Shown in pieces: positions 13,242 to 22,849 of a stretch of 32,000 nucleotides of DNA. Under the pieces are notes generated by a model. It saw only the letters and a program-made list of their open reading frames with translations. It searched no databases and was not told the origin of the DNA. Location: contig OY776328.1 of the NCBI GenBank assembly GCA_963675515.1, forward strand, positions 420,001 through 452,000, given 5' to 3'. Both the position numbers and the translations under genes were made by a program. Origin of the DNA: Coprobacillaceae bacterium (GTDB lineage Bacteria; Bacillota_I; Bacilli_A; Erysipelotrichales; Coprobacillaceae). How positions within the stretch are numbered: the first letter of the stretch is position 1; each line of letters begins with the position of its first letter.

Positions 13242-14882
13242 ATGACTTTAGGACAAATTGACTGGCCGTTGATTCTCGGTGGTCTGGGACTATTCCTGTT
13301 CGGGATCGATTATATGGGCAATGGCTTGAAATCATTTGCCGGAGACGGTTTGAAAGACATAATTGACCGGTATACCAAAACCCCGTTTCATGGAATAATT
13401 GTAGGTACATTAATTACCTGTCTGATTCAATCATCATCAGGGACAACCGCCCTGACAATCGGATTGATCAGGTCGGGTCTGATGACTTTTCCCCAGGCAA
13501 TCGGGGTCATCATGGGGGCGAATATCGGGACAACAATCACGGCTTTCATCGTCGGATTGAAAATTTCGGAATATGCAGTATACTTCATAATTTTGGGGGC
13601 TGTGCTGATCATGTTCTCGTCAAGAAAAAGAATGAAGTATTTTGGGCAGATCCTATTTGGATTTGGGTGTCTGTTCTATGGTCTGGATCTGATGGGAGAC
13701 AACCTCAAACTCATATCGAAAGTCCCTGAGTTCACCCAGGCGACTGAAGTGCTTTCGGCCAATCCGCTGCTGGCATTGTTTGGTGGGACAGTGATGACGA
13801 TGGCGATTCAGTCATCATCAGCGGTTATCGCGATTGTCCAACAGATGTACGGCGTGGGCGCAATAACGCTGTCGATATCGTTGCCTTTCTTGTTCGGATC
13901 GAATATCGGGACAACAATCACAGCTATACTGGCTGCCTTTGGGGGTTCGACATCCTCAAAACGGGCCGCAACATATCATGTCATCTTCAATGTCTTTGGA
14001 ACGGTGCTGTTCATGTGCCTGCTGGCGCCATTCACAATGCTTGTTGTGAATTTGAGCCAATCGTTGCAGACGACTCCGGAGATGTCGCTGGCGATGGCCC
14101 ATGGGATCTTCAACATCACGACAACAGCCCTGATGTACCCGCTGATCCATACCAATGAAAAGCTGATCAAGAAACTGATCAAGAAAAAATCTTATGAGGT
14201 CGAGGTCGACCTGTCGACACTTGATGAAGATGTTGTGGGATTGTTCCCGGAAGCTTCATTGAATCTGGCGATCGAGCAGACGACAAAGATGGGGGCGTTG
14301 ACCTGCGAGCTGATATCGAGCGCGAAGGCATATTTCGATTCTGGAGTTCAGTCGAAAGCTGATTCCTGTCAGGAACTTGAAAATGCGATCAATATCATGG
14401 AAAAGAAACTTACCGTCTACCTGGCAAATATTCCTCATGAGAAGTTCGACGAACACACGGCAATTATGTACATCAATTCAAGCAAAATAATAAAGGATTT
14501 TGAACTTATCGCCGATCTTGGCGTGCGCCTTGTTTCCCTTTTTGAACAGATGAAGGATTCAAATGAGAACATGCACGAAAAGACCCGCGAAGAAATCGGT
14601 GAGCTGATGGCAATCGCGGTTGACCTGATTGACAAGACCTATATGGTTTACAAGGAATACAGCTATGATCTGGCTGAGGAAGTTGATGCGGGCGAATCGC
14701 TGCTTGATATCAAATATCATGAATTCAAAGACGCCCATGTCCACCGCGTCTTGAACAAGCAAGAACGGACCAATGTGATCAACTCGTTGTATGATGATAC
14801 CGCGAGTCTGATTGAAAGAATTGGCGACTATTGTCAGTCAATCAGTGAGAACGTTGCAAATATCAAAGGTGAATTAGTCTAA
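13242..14882 (+). CDS. Na+/phosphate cotransporter family protein with PhoU-like C-terminal domain
   Basis: Duplicated Na/Pi-cotransporter repeats (QSSSGTTALTIGL... and QSSSAVIAIVQ...GSNIGTTITA). A ~200-aa soluble helical C-terminus resembles the PhoU-like domains of NptA/YjbB-type proteins. Confidence 0.85.
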   Translation: MTLGQIDWPLILGGLGLFLFGIDYMGNGLKSFAGDGLKDIIDRYTKTPFHGIIVGTLITCLIQSSSGTTALTIGLIRSGLMTFPQAIGVIMGANIGTTITAFIVGLKISEYAVYFIILGAVLIMFSSRKRMKYFGQILFGFGCLFYGLDLMGDNLKLISKVPEFTQATEVLSANPLLALFGGTVMTMAIQSSSAVIAIVQQMYGVGAITLSISLPFLFGSNIGTTITAILAAFGGSTSSKRAATYHVIFNVFGTVLFMCLLAPFTMLVVNLSQSLQTTPEMSLAMAHGIFNITTTALMYPLIHTNEKLIKKLIKKKSYEVEVDLSTLDEDVVGLFPEASLNLAIEQTTKMGALTCELISSAKAYFDSGVQSKADSCQELENAINIMEKKLTVYLANIPHEKFDEHTAIMYINSSKIIKDFELIADLGVRLVSLFEQMKDSNENMHEKTREEIGELMAIAVDLIDKTYMVYKEYSYDLAEEVDAGESLLDIKYHEFKDAHVHRVLNKQERTNVINSLYDDTASLIERIGDYCQSISENVANIKGELV

Positions 14883-14920
14883 TTCATCTTTTTTTTTCGT
14901 ATCAGTTTAAGGGCATGAAA

Positions 14921-14948
14921 AAAAAGAAGAAGCCTAGGCTTCTTCTTT
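14921..14948. terminator. Bidirectional terminator between convergent genes (stronger for the minus-strand gene)
   Basis: AAGAAGAAGCC / GGCTTCTTCTT palindrome around CCTAGG. It is flanked by A8 upstream (T8 on the minus strand) and includes the aspartate kinase stop codon. Confidence 0.65.
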
Positions 14949-16259
14949 GACTATGAATTCGTCGTAAATGGCATTGATCGCCTTTTCGAAATGGATGTTT
15001 TTGACTCCGACGATGATATTTAGCTCTGATGAACCCTGGTCGATCATCTTGACGTTGATGTTGGCGTTGGCCAACGCTTTGAAGATCTTCGCCGCGGTTC
15101 CGCGGCCATCCTTCATTCCACGGCCCACGATTGCAATCAGGGCCAGACCAGATTCCAAAGTGATTGAATCAGGGTTGACTGCACGGTGGATTCCGGCAAT
15201 TACGTTCTGTTCCTTTTCGATGAAATCCCTGGTGTTTACAACGATTGTCATTGTGTCGATACCTGAAGGCATATGCTCGAAAGACAAACCGTTTTCTTCT
15301 AGAACCTGGAGCACCTTGCGGCCGAATCCGATTTCCGCATTCATCATGTCCTTTTCGATCATTATTGTCGCCATGTCCTTTTTACCTGCGATACCGGTAA
15401 TGATATTGCTAGGTTTGTGGCAAGTCGATTCAACTATTATCGTGCCCTTGTCTTGAGGACGGTTAGTGTTCTTGATGACGATTGGGATACCTTGGGAACG
15501 GATCGGGAAAATCGAGTTTTCATGAAGGACACTGGCTCCCATGTAAGAAAGTTCGCGCAACTCTTTGTATGTTATTGTCTCGATTGTTTCAGGGTTGTCG
15601 ACGATTCGAGGGTCGCAGACAAGACATCCTGAGACATCGGTCCAGTTTTCATAAAGATCGACATCCGAATTGCGGGCGATTACCGAACCGGTCACATCCG
15701 ACCCGCCACGTGAGAATGTCTGGATTGCTCCCGATTCATCATTGGCTTGGCCGTAGAATCCGGGAATTACCGCATAATCATGATTTTGCAGTGTTTTTTC
15801 CAAGATTGCATCGGTCTTCTTGTAATCGTAATTTCCATGACTGTCGATGTAGATGCATGTTGCAGGATCAATGAAATCGAAGCCCAGGTAATTAGCCAAG
15901 ATAATACCATTCAAGTACTCGCCACGGCTCGCGGCGTAATTAACTCCGATTTTGGCTTTGAAGTTTTTCTCAACTGTCTGATATTCTTCTTCTAAAGACA
16001 AATCAAGTTTCAGCCCGGCGATTATGCTGTCGTAACGTTCTTTGATTTCATCAAATGTTTTTCTGAATGTAGCTTCATCATCGGCGTAATATGCAGCGTA
16101 CAACAAATCAGTGACTTTGGTATCACCGTCATAACGGCGTCCTGGAGCACTGGGAACTACATAATGGCGACTCTCATCACTTGTGATGATGTCGTATACT
16201 TTCTTGAACTGATTCGCATCAGCCAAAGACGACCCGCCAAACTTAACTATTTTTTTCAT
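14934..16259 (-). CDS. Aspartate kinase (monofunctional, with C-terminal ACT domains)
   Basis: MKKIVKFGGSSLA N-terminal kinase motif, SRGGSDVTG, C-terminal ACT-like repeats (LIAIVGRGM...). SD GGAGG precedes ATG at 16259. The longer ORF start at 16292 has no SD. Confidence 0.85.
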   Translation of the reverse strand: MKKIVKFGGSSLADANQFKKVYDIITSDESRHYVVPSAPGRRYDGDTKVTDLLYAAYYADDEATFRKTFDEIKERYDSIIAGLKLDLSLEEEYQTVEKNFKAKIGVNYAASRGEYLNGIILANYLGFDFIDPATCIYIDSHGNYDYKKTDAILEKTLQNHDYAVIPGFYGQANDESGAIQTFSRGGSDVTGSVIARNSDVDLYENWTDVSGCLVCDPRIVDNPETIETITYKELRELSYMGASVLHENSIFPIRSQGIPIVIKNTNRPQDKGTIIVESTCHKPSNIITGIAGKKDMATIMIEKDMMNAEIGFGRKVLQVLEENGLSFEHMPSGIDTMTIVVNTRDFIEKEQNVIAGIHRAVNPDSITLESGLALIAIVGRGMKDGRGTAAKIFKALANANINVKMIDQGSSELNIIVGVKNIHFEKAINAIYDEFIVKEEA

Positions 16260-16490
16260 TAATATATGGACCTCCAACCTAAATATGCCCATACAATACC
16301 ACTTTTAAACACAAATTACAAGATTAATTGTGCATTTTTAGGAATTGTTAAAATAATAGTTGATAATTTATTATTTATAAAAAAATGTGTGGATTTGGTG
16401 GCTGATTATCGGGTTTTTCCGGATTTCAGCCGGCAATATTTTGGGTTGGTTTATTGCGATTAAATGTGTATAATGAAAAAGGTGATAGAA

Positions 16491-17300
16491 ATGAAGAAAA
16501 TATTGAATATAAATATAATTATGGCTCTGGCGGCCCTTGGAGTTATCGGGTATTTCATGGTAATGTATTTCCCGCTTTACCAGTTCCATACCTTAAGCAA
16601 GCAAGTCCGCTACGATATGGAACTTGAAGGTGGCGATTTCAACAACGCCTTCATCCTCGATGGTCTGAGCCTTTATCTTGATGACGACAATCAGGAATTG
16701 CATGGTGGCGAACTTACAATCCTGGGGGCAGGCAGTTTTGTGGATGGTATGGAATACAAACTTGAAGTGAACCTCAATGATGATGTGGTAATCTGCGACT
16801 ACCAGTTTGACTACGAGCCAAGTAAGCAGGAATATCAGATTGGAATCATTGATGACGCTGCGCTTCCCCAAAATGTCGACAAGGCGACGGCAACCATCTA
16901 CGGCGATTTTGACCAGGTTGTCGCCAAAGTGGAGCTTGGATTGGCGAAAGCCCGGTTGCTTGATGGCTACAACAGGAACATGCGGATGGAAAATGTGACA
17001 CTTACCAGCGGCCATATCAGGCTTGGACAATTGATCACGATGCTCGACCTTTCTGGATATGACAGCATCGCTCTGGAGTACCGTTATCTCATAAGCGACG
17101 ACCTTGACAAGGACGACAACAATTCATATAAGGTTTTTGAAAAAATCGAAGGGACCCCTGAAGAAATTCTCGACAGCACCGGTTATGGGACATACGATTT
17201 TTCAACTGATCAGAAACTGATCGCATCGAGACCGCTGTCGGTGGCGGTCATAATGAAAAAAGGCGACGAGACAAATGTGGTCAAAATCGACCTGGACTAG
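16491..17300 (+). CDS. Hypothetical membrane-anchored protein (N-terminal TM helix, acidic extracytoplasmic domain)
   Basis: SD AAAGGTGA lies 5 nt before ATG 16491. Candidate promoter TTGGTT-17-TATAAT (-10 at 16470-16475) lies downstream of the alternative 16464 start. No recognisable family. Confidence 0.6.
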   Translation: MKKILNINIIMALAALGVIGYFMVMYFPLYQFHTLSKQVRYDMELEGGDFNNAFILDGLSLYLDDDNQELHGGELTILGAGSFVDGMEYKLEVNLNDDVVICDYQFDYEPSKQEYQIGIIDDAALPQNVDKATATIYGDFDQVVAKVELGLAKARLLDGYNRNMRMENVTLTSGHIRLGQLITMLDLSGYDSIALEYRYLISDDLDKDDNNSYKVFEKIEGTPEEILDSTGYGTYDFSTDQKLIASRPLSVAVIMKKGDETNVVKIDLD

Positions 17301-17303
17301 GAG

Positions 17304-17735
17304 GTGACAGTGTTGAAAACAGTAAAATCATACAACATTCCCTACTCGCTGTTTGTGAATCTGGCAGTCACATTCGCCCCGGCCCTGGCTGCAAATCTTG
17401 GGGTCATCATGGCCTACTACCGGATATCACTGGCAGCTGGACTGGGAAGATTGTTTCTTGAAAACATATATACAACCGGCTACTTCATCTTGCTGTGGCT
17501 GATGAATTTCGTCATTTTCGAGGCGGTGGGGGAAATTTTCGAACAAGTCCCTGAGATAAGATACATTGAAAGATCAGGCCACCGCATTCTTTCAATCCTG
17601 CCACTTGGCGCGATCCTGATTGGCTTTTTGTTGGCAATGAGCATCCCGATCCTGTTCAAGTCAAACTTTATCATCCTGATCGCCGGCGAAATGCTGTATG
17701 TCTGGATGAAAGAAAAATATGGAGGAGGACATTGA
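17304..17735 (+). CDS. Hypothetical integral membrane protein (about 4 TM helices)
   Basis: SD AGGAGGTG (17299-17306). The true start is probably GTG 17310 or TTG 17313. Hydrophobic segments are consistent with 4 TM helices. It is translationally coupled to its neighbours. Confidence 0.55.
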   Translation: MTVLKTVKSYNIPYSLFVNLAVTFAPALAANLGVIMAYYRISLAAGLGRLFLENIYTTGYFILLWLMNFVIFEAVGEIFEQVPEIRYIERSGHRILSILPLGAILIGFLLAMSIPILFKSNFIILIAGEMLYVWMKEKYGGGH

Positions 17736-18392
17736 GTGAGCCGCAAAACTACAATACCGATTAACGGCAATCCGACGCCTCTTGACATCACCTATCGCGC
17801 CAATAGCGTCAATGTGAAGATCAGGGTGGATTCCCGGGTGATCAAGGCCAGCGCACCCAAAGGATATCCCCTCAAGCATATTGTTGCGCTGATCGAGAAA
17901 AACCAGGACAAGATTGCCCTAGAGCTCGAACGCCAGCGCCAGAGGGCAAGCCATTATGAAAACAGTGGCGAGGTCACAATTGTCGGAAAGACCTACAGGT
18001 TAATTAAGGTGGCCGGTCTAAGCCAGGCCCAATGCCGAGGCGATGAGCTGGCTATTGACCATATTAAAGGACAGGAACAGCTGGTGGGTTTCGCATACCG
18101 GCAGCTTCACAATTATGTCGCAAAAAAAGCGATCGAGGACAGGGTGGCGCTTAACGGGTTGCGGATTGCCCGATACAAATCGAAATGGGGTTCATGCAAC
18201 TACAAGACAAGGATACTGGCGTTCAATGGAGAACTTGCATTCTTGCCGCTTAATGTCATCGACTATGTCTTCTACCATGAAATCGCCCATCTCAAACACC
18301 CGAACCATTCGACGGATTTCTGGCAGGAGGTAAAGTCGCTCATGCCCGATTATCAGACATATAGAAAGGAGTTAAAGCAGGTTCAGATATGA
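17736..18392 (+). CDS. YgjP-like (DUF45 / M48-related) zinc metallohydrolase
   Basis: C-terminal HEIAHLKHPNHSTDFW (HExxH...H) is characteristic of the YgjP/DUF45 family. The GTG start directly abuts the previous stop. Confidence 0.75.
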   Translation: MSRKTTIPINGNPTPLDITYRANSVNVKIRVDSRVIKASAPKGYPLKHIVALIEKNQDKIALELERQRQRASHYENSGEVTIVGKTYRLIKVAGLSQAQCRGDELAIDHIKGQEQLVGFAYRQLHNYVAKKAIEDRVALNGLRIARYKSKWGSCNYKTRILAFNGELAFLPLNVIDYVFYHEIAHLKHPNHSTDFWQEVKSLMPDYQTYRKELKQVQI

Positions 18393-19120
18393 TAACTTCA
18401 TCTACCAACCAGACATTCAAAGATTTGCTCAAACTCAAGCAGAAAAAATACCGGGACGAGCACTACCTTGTCGAGGGAGATCATCTTGTCGATGATGCAT
18501 TAAGACATGGTGTTGCCGACCTGATTATCACAAGCGATGAAAACTACAGGAGTTCCCTGCCTGTTTTTTTGATCAGCCAGGGCCTGATGGAAAAGCTGGC
18601 TTTCACCAAAACGCCCCAGAATGTGATGGCCCGGGTGAAAAAGGTCCAGGAAAACACTCTTGGAGATTTCAATCGTTACCTGGTTCTTGACGGTCTTCAG
18701 GATCCCGGAAACATTGGAACCTTGATCAGGACAGCCCTGGCACTGGGCATCGAGCAGGTAATCCTTTCGGATGAGTGTGTCGACTTGTACAACGACAAAC
18801 TGCTCCGCTCGGCCCAGGGGGCGCATTTCAGGATTTCCATAATAAGGGGCGACCTGCATGAACTGATTCCCCGGCTCCAGGCAAACGGAGTTTTCGTCCT
18901 GGCCACCGCCCTTAGCGGCGGACAACCTCTGGATTTGATAGCCAAGAGGGAGAAAATGGCTTTTGTGCTGGGCAACGAGGGCAACGGGATGAACCGGGAT
19001 ATCATCGATTTGTGCGATGGGATCGGCTTTATTGAAATCGAAGCGATGGAATCATTGAATGTCGCGATTGCCGGAAGCATCCTGATGTACCACTTCAAAG
19101 CCGGGAGGCAGGACCGCTGA
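18389..19120 (+). CDS. TrmH/SpoU-family RNA 2'-O-methyltransferase (YsgA/RlmB-like)
   Basis: SpoU motifs LVLDGLQDPGNIGTLIRTA, FVLGNEGNGM and ESLNVAIAGSILMY. It sits immediately upstream of pheST, as ysgA does in Bacillus. ATGA overlap with the previous gene. Confidence 0.85.
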   Translation: MITSSTNQTFKDLLKLKQKKYRDEHYLVEGDHLVDDALRHGVADLIITSDENYRSSLPVFLISQGLMEKLAFTKTPQNVMARVKKVQENTLGDFNRYLVLDGLQDPGNIGTLIRTALALGIEQVILSDECVDLYNDKLLRSAQGAHFRISIIRGDLHELIPRLQANGVFVLATALSGGQPLDLIAKREKMAFVLGNEGNGMNRDIIDLCDGIGFIEIEAMESLNVAIAGSILMYHFKAGRQDR

Positions 19121-19129
19121 AAGTTACCC

Positions 19130-19157
19130 TTGAAATTTCAATAAATTTTGATATAAT
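19130..19157 (+). promoter_or_regulatory. Promoter of the pheST T-box leader
   Basis: TTGAAA (19130-19135), 16-nt spacer, TATAAT (19152-19157) preceded by TGA (extended -10 like). Confidence 0.65.
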
Positions 19158-19159
19158 AA

Positions 19160-19377
19160 GTTTCAAATCGATGATGTGGACTAGTAAATGTATCAACACG
19201 GCAAAGAGATGGAATGGCGCTGGGAATTTCCACCGGAAATATATTGAATTCACCACGGAGAGCGACTAATCATCGCCGTTAACTACGTTACAGTAATCAA
19301 GCGCATGGCATTTATTCTAGTGTCATGAAGTAGGATGGTACCGCGATTATTTCGTTCCTATACAGGAACGTTTTTTT
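19160..19377 (+). promoter_or_regulatory. T-box riboswitch leader (Phe specifier) with terminator
   Basis: Stem I elements GAUGAUG...ACUAGUAAAUG and AGAGA. Candidate specifier GAA-UUC-A (UUC at 19249-19251). T-box sequence GGAUGGUACCGCG (19333-19345). Terminator CGTTCC (19353-19358) / GGAACG (19365-19370) plus T7. Confidence 0.85.
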
Positions 19378-19395
19378 ATTTTAGGAGGAAATTTA

Positions 19396-20433
19396 ATGGA
19401 CAAGCTGTTGGAGATTTCAAAGGAAGCTCTAGAAAAAATCAGCCAAGTGGCGGATTTGAAGGAATTGAACGATTTACGGGTACACTACCTGGGGAAAAAA
19501 GGGCCGATTCAAGAGGCCATGAAATCGATGAAGGACATGGGACAGGAAGAACGCATCGCGTTTGGAAAAGTGTCAAACGAGGTGAAACAAAGCGTATCCC
19601 AAGCCATCGAACAAGCCAAGGAAAAACTTGAGCGAATAGTGATGGAGAAAAAACTGGCCAGTGAATCGATCGACATCACTTTGCCTGGTTTCAAGGTCGC
19701 ATCGGGATCTTTGCACCCATTGACCCATGTGGTCAATACCCTGGAAGACATTTTTCTGGGAATGGGTTACCAGATAGCCCAGGGTCCGGAAGTGGAAACC
19801 GACTACTACAACTTCGAGCTGATGAACCTGCCTCAGGGACATCCGGCTCGCGACATGCAGGATACGTTCTATATCGATGTGAATTACCTGTTGCGGACCC
19901 ATACTTCTCCGGTTCAGGCGAGGACGATGCTCAAGGCTGAAGGCAAGGGGCCAATCAAGGTCATCTGCCCGGGGAAAACATACCGCCGCGATGATGACGA
20001 CGCGACCCATTCACACCAGTTTATGCAGTGTGAGGGAATTGTGGTTGACAAGGACATCACAATGGCCAATTTGAAAGGTACCCTGGAACTTTTCGTCAAG
20101 GAACTGTTCGGAGAAAAAAGGGCGATCCGGCTGCGGCCATCTTATTTCCCTTTCACCGAACCTTCGGTCGAGGTTGATGTGAGCTGTTCGAACTGTGGCG
20201 GATCTGGCTGTGCGATGTGCAAGCAAACTGGCTGGATCGAGATCTTGGGAGCGGGAATGGTCAATCCAAAAGTGCTGAAGATGAGCGGATTTGATCCTGA
20301 AGTTTATCAAGGGTTCGCCTTTGGTATCGGGATCGAGCGTGTGGCCATGCTCAAATACGGAATCGACAATATCCGTGATTTCTACAACAATGACATTCGC
20401 TTTTTGGCGCAGTTTGCAAGAGAGGAAAAATAG
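19396..20433 (+). CDS. pheS: Phenylalanine--tRNA ligase alpha subunit
   Basis: SD AGGAGG upstream. Class II aaRS motifs ([39 protein letters not shown]). Confidence 0.95.
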   Translation: MDKLLEISKEALEKISQVADLKELNDLRVHYLGKKGPIQEAMKSMKDMGQEERIAFGKVSNEVKQSVSQAIEQAKEKLERIVMEKKLASESIDITLPGFKVASGSLHPLTHVVNTLEDIFLGMGYQIAQGPEVETDYYNFELMNLPQGHPARDMQDTFYIDVNYLLRTHTSPVQARTMLKAEGKGPIKVICPGKTYRRDDDDATHSHQFMQCEGIVVDKDITMANLKGTLELFVKELFGEKRAIRLRPSYFPFTEPSVEVDVSCSNCGGSGCAMCKQTGWIEILGAGMVNPKVLKMSGFDPEVYQGFAFGIGIERVAMLKYGIDNIRDFYNNDIRFLAQFAREEK

Positions 20434-20434
20434 G

Positions 20435-22822
20435 ATGCAAGTTAGTTTAAAATTATTGAACCACTATATAGATATCGAAGACCAAAGCGCCCAGGAGCTG
20501 GCAGCCAAGATAACTTCCATCGGTCACGAGGTTGAAGGGGTTGAAACATTGGCTGTGGGGGACAATCTTGTCATCGGTCTGGTCAAGGAATGCGAAAATC
20601 ACCCTGACAGCGACCATCTTCATGTTTGCCAGGTTCAGGTAAGTCAAACAGATGTATACCAGATTGTCTGCGGGGCTCCCAATGTCGAAGCCAACCAGAA
20701 AGTCATCGTGGCGCTGCCGGGATGCGCACTAAAGGAGCTGACTATCAAGAGATCGCAGATCCGCGGGGTCGAATCGAACGGAATGATCTGTTCCCTGGCG
20801 GAACTGGGACTGGACAGCCGCTTTGTCACCGAGCAACAAAAAGCCGGAATCGAAGTGCTTCCTGACGACGCGCCTTTGGGAGCGGATGCTCTGGACTACC
20901 TGGGGCTAAAGGACGACATTCTTGACATTTCCCTGACTCCCAACCGGGCCGACTGCATGGCCTTGCAGGCCTTGGCTTATGAAGTAGGAGCAATCCTGAA
21001 AAGAGATGTCAAACCGGTTGAACTAAACGAAATGGCAGAAAAGCCAACCGATGTGAAGATCAGAATTGAAACTGACAAATGTCCGGTATTTGGCATCAAA
21101 GTTGTCAAAGGGGTCACAACCAAAGAATCACCCCAATGGCTAAAAGCGGCGCTGATGGCCAGTGGCATCAAGCCAATCAACAACATCGTCGATATTTCCA
21201 ACCTGGTCATGCTTGAGACGGGACAGCCGATCCATATGTATGACTATGACAAGATCGCAGACAAGACGTTCACTATCAAGGACAATTACCAAAGCAAAGA
21301 AATGTTCCTGGATGGCAATGAGTATGAAATCGTAAATGGCGACATTGTCATCGAAGTCGATGGCAAACTGGGATGTCTGGCCGGGGTTCTTGGCGGGGAA
21401 TCGACCAAGATCACCGACGAGTGCGTCAATATCGCGATTGAAGCGGCAACCTTCGATGGTCCGGCTTTAAGGGAGACTGCCCGCCGGCTGAATCTTCTTA
21501 CCGACGCTTCGCAACACTATATCAAGGGTTCGATCGACAGCTCCAAGACTGCGGATGTGCTTGAGCGCGTGGCCAATCTGCTCCAAGTCCATGGCAACGC
21601 CCAGGAAATCTGCGAGACAGCAATAACGCCTTTTCAATTTGAGCCGACGTTATTGAAAATGAGCGCCGAAGATGTCAATGGCTTGCTGGGTACCGAAGTG
21701 TCCCTGGTGGAAATATGCGAGATTTTCACTGACCTCAAATTCCCCTATACCCTTGAAGGGACCGAGCTGAATATTGAGATTCCAAGCTACCGCAAGGATA
21801 TCACAATGGTTGCCGACCTGGTTGAGGAAGTTGCCCGGATCTACGGATATGACAAGATTCCAAGCTGCTTGCCGGAAATGGGCACAACCATCGGTAAAAG
21901 AACAAGCGAACAGGCAAAGGTGAAAATGATCAAGGATTACCTTTCAAACGTTGCTTTGCATGAAACTGTGACTTATACCCTGAGCTCGCCTGGCAAAGCT
22001 GACGACTTCAATCTGTTCCACACAGGTGAACAGATCCGGCTGATGTTCCCGCTTGGTGAAGAGCGTTCGGCAATCAGGAAATCGCTGATTCCTTCGTTGC
22101 TTGAAGTTGTCAAATACAATGTGGCGCGCAAAGTCAGTGACGTCCACATTTTCGAGATTTCAAACACTTATTCCAAGGAACAGGAAATCCAGACACTGGC
22201 TATCGCCTGCCATGGGACATATATCGAACAAAGCTTCCGGCAGATCCGCCACGGTTCCGATTATCTTCTTGTCAAAGGATTCGTTGAAACCATTCTTGAC
22301 AAACTGGCTATCGCACCTTCGCGTTACTGCCTGGTCCGGGTCGAAAAAGAAAACGAGTTCTATCACCCGGGGCGCAGTGCCTATATCAAAATGGGCAAAG
22401 ACATAATCGGAGTGGTGGGATGCATCCATCCAATGATGGCCAAGAAGTACGATGTCAAGGACGTCTATGTCTGCGAGTTGAATCTTTCGGCACTGTTGGC
22501 CATGAAGACCCCTAGCCTGAAAGCCGGGACAATCCCTCAATACCCTGCGGTAATGCGTGACGTGGCGTTTGTGATGGACAGGGAAACATACAGCTACGAT
22601 GTCATCCGCAAGATCGTTCAGGCTTCAAAAGGTCTGGCGACCAACGTCACCTTGTTTGATGAGTACATGGGTGAACATGTCGGCGTCAATGAAAAATCAG
22701 TGGCTTTCAAGGTGATGCTTCAGGATCCTAAAAAGACTCTGGATGAAAACACAATCAACAAGACAATGGAAAATATCGTTCAGGCGGTTGAAAAACAGTT
22801 CAACGCAAGCTTGAGAAAATAA
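20435..22822 (+). CDS. pheT: Phenylalanine--tRNA ligase beta subunit
   Basis: ATG 20435 lies 1 nt after the pheS stop (SD AGAGGAAAAA). N-terminal tRNA-binding domain (HPDSDHLHVCQV), B3/B4, B5 and C-terminal FDX-ACB domain. The annotated longer ORF (20291) overlaps pheS out of frame and is not used. Confidence 0.95.
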   Translation: MQVSLKLLNHYIDIEDQSAQELAAKITSIGHEVEGVETLAVGDNLVIGLVKECENHPDSDHLHVCQVQVSQTDVYQIVCGAPNVEANQKVIVALPGCALKELTIKRSQIRGVESNGMICSLAELGLDSRFVTEQQKAGIEVLPDDAPLGADALDYLGLKDDILDISLTPNRADCMALQALAYEVGAILKRDVKPVELNEMAEKPTDVKIRIETDKCPVFGIKVVKGVTTKESPQWLKAALMASGIKPINNIVDISNLVMLETGQPIHMYDYDKIADKTFTIKDNYQSKEMFLDGNEYEIVNGDIVIEVDGKLGCLAGVLGGESTKITDECVNIAIEAATFDGPALRETARRLNLLTDASQHYIKGSIDSSKTADVLERVANLLQVHGNAQEICETAITPFQFEPTLLKMSAEDVNGLLGTEVSLVEICEIFTDLKFPYTLEGTELNIEIPSYRKDITMVADLVEEVARIYGYDKIPSCLPEMGTTIGKRTSEQAKVKMIKDYLSNVALHETVTYTLSSPGKADDFNLFHTGEQIRLMFPLGEERSAIRKSLIPSLLEVVKYNVARKVSDVHIFEISNTYSKEQEIQTLAIACHGTYIEQSFRQIRHGSDYLLVKGFVETILDKLAIAPSRYCLVRVEKENEFYHPGRSAYIKMGKDIIGVVGCIHPMMAKKYDVKDVYVCELNLSALLAMKTPSLKAGTIPQYPAVMRDVAFVMDRETYSYDVIRKIVQASKGLATNVTLFDEYMGEHVGVNEKSVAFKVMLQDPKKTLDENTINKTMENIVQAVEKQFNASLRK

Positions 22823-22825
22823 TCA

Positions 22826-22849
22826 AAGACCCGGAAATTCCGGGTCTTT
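22826..22849. terminator. Bidirectional terminator between pheT and tmcAL
   Basis: AAAGACCCGG (22826-22835) / CCGGGTCTTT (22840-22849), followed by AGTTTTTT. It overlaps the tmcAL stop codon. Confidence 0.75.

Noticed and set aside
16260-16463. Looked for a lysine (L-box) riboswitch or T-box upstream of aspartate kinase
   Set aside because: The ~200-nt AT-rich region shows no conserved L-box core or T-box sequence. Only promoter-like hexamers are visible.
16464-16490. Upstream start (ATG 16464) for the hypothetical membrane-anchored protein
   Set aside because: It lies inside or upstream of the candidate -10 box (TATAAT at 16470-16475) and lacks an SD. ATG 16491 has AAAGGTGA upstream and gives a normal MKK...TM N-terminus.
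20291-20434. N-terminal 48-codon extension of pheT overlapping pheS
   Set aside because: It is an out-of-frame overlap with the conserved pheS C-terminus. ATG 20435 directly follows the pheS stop and gives the canonical MQVSLKLL... PheT N-terminus.
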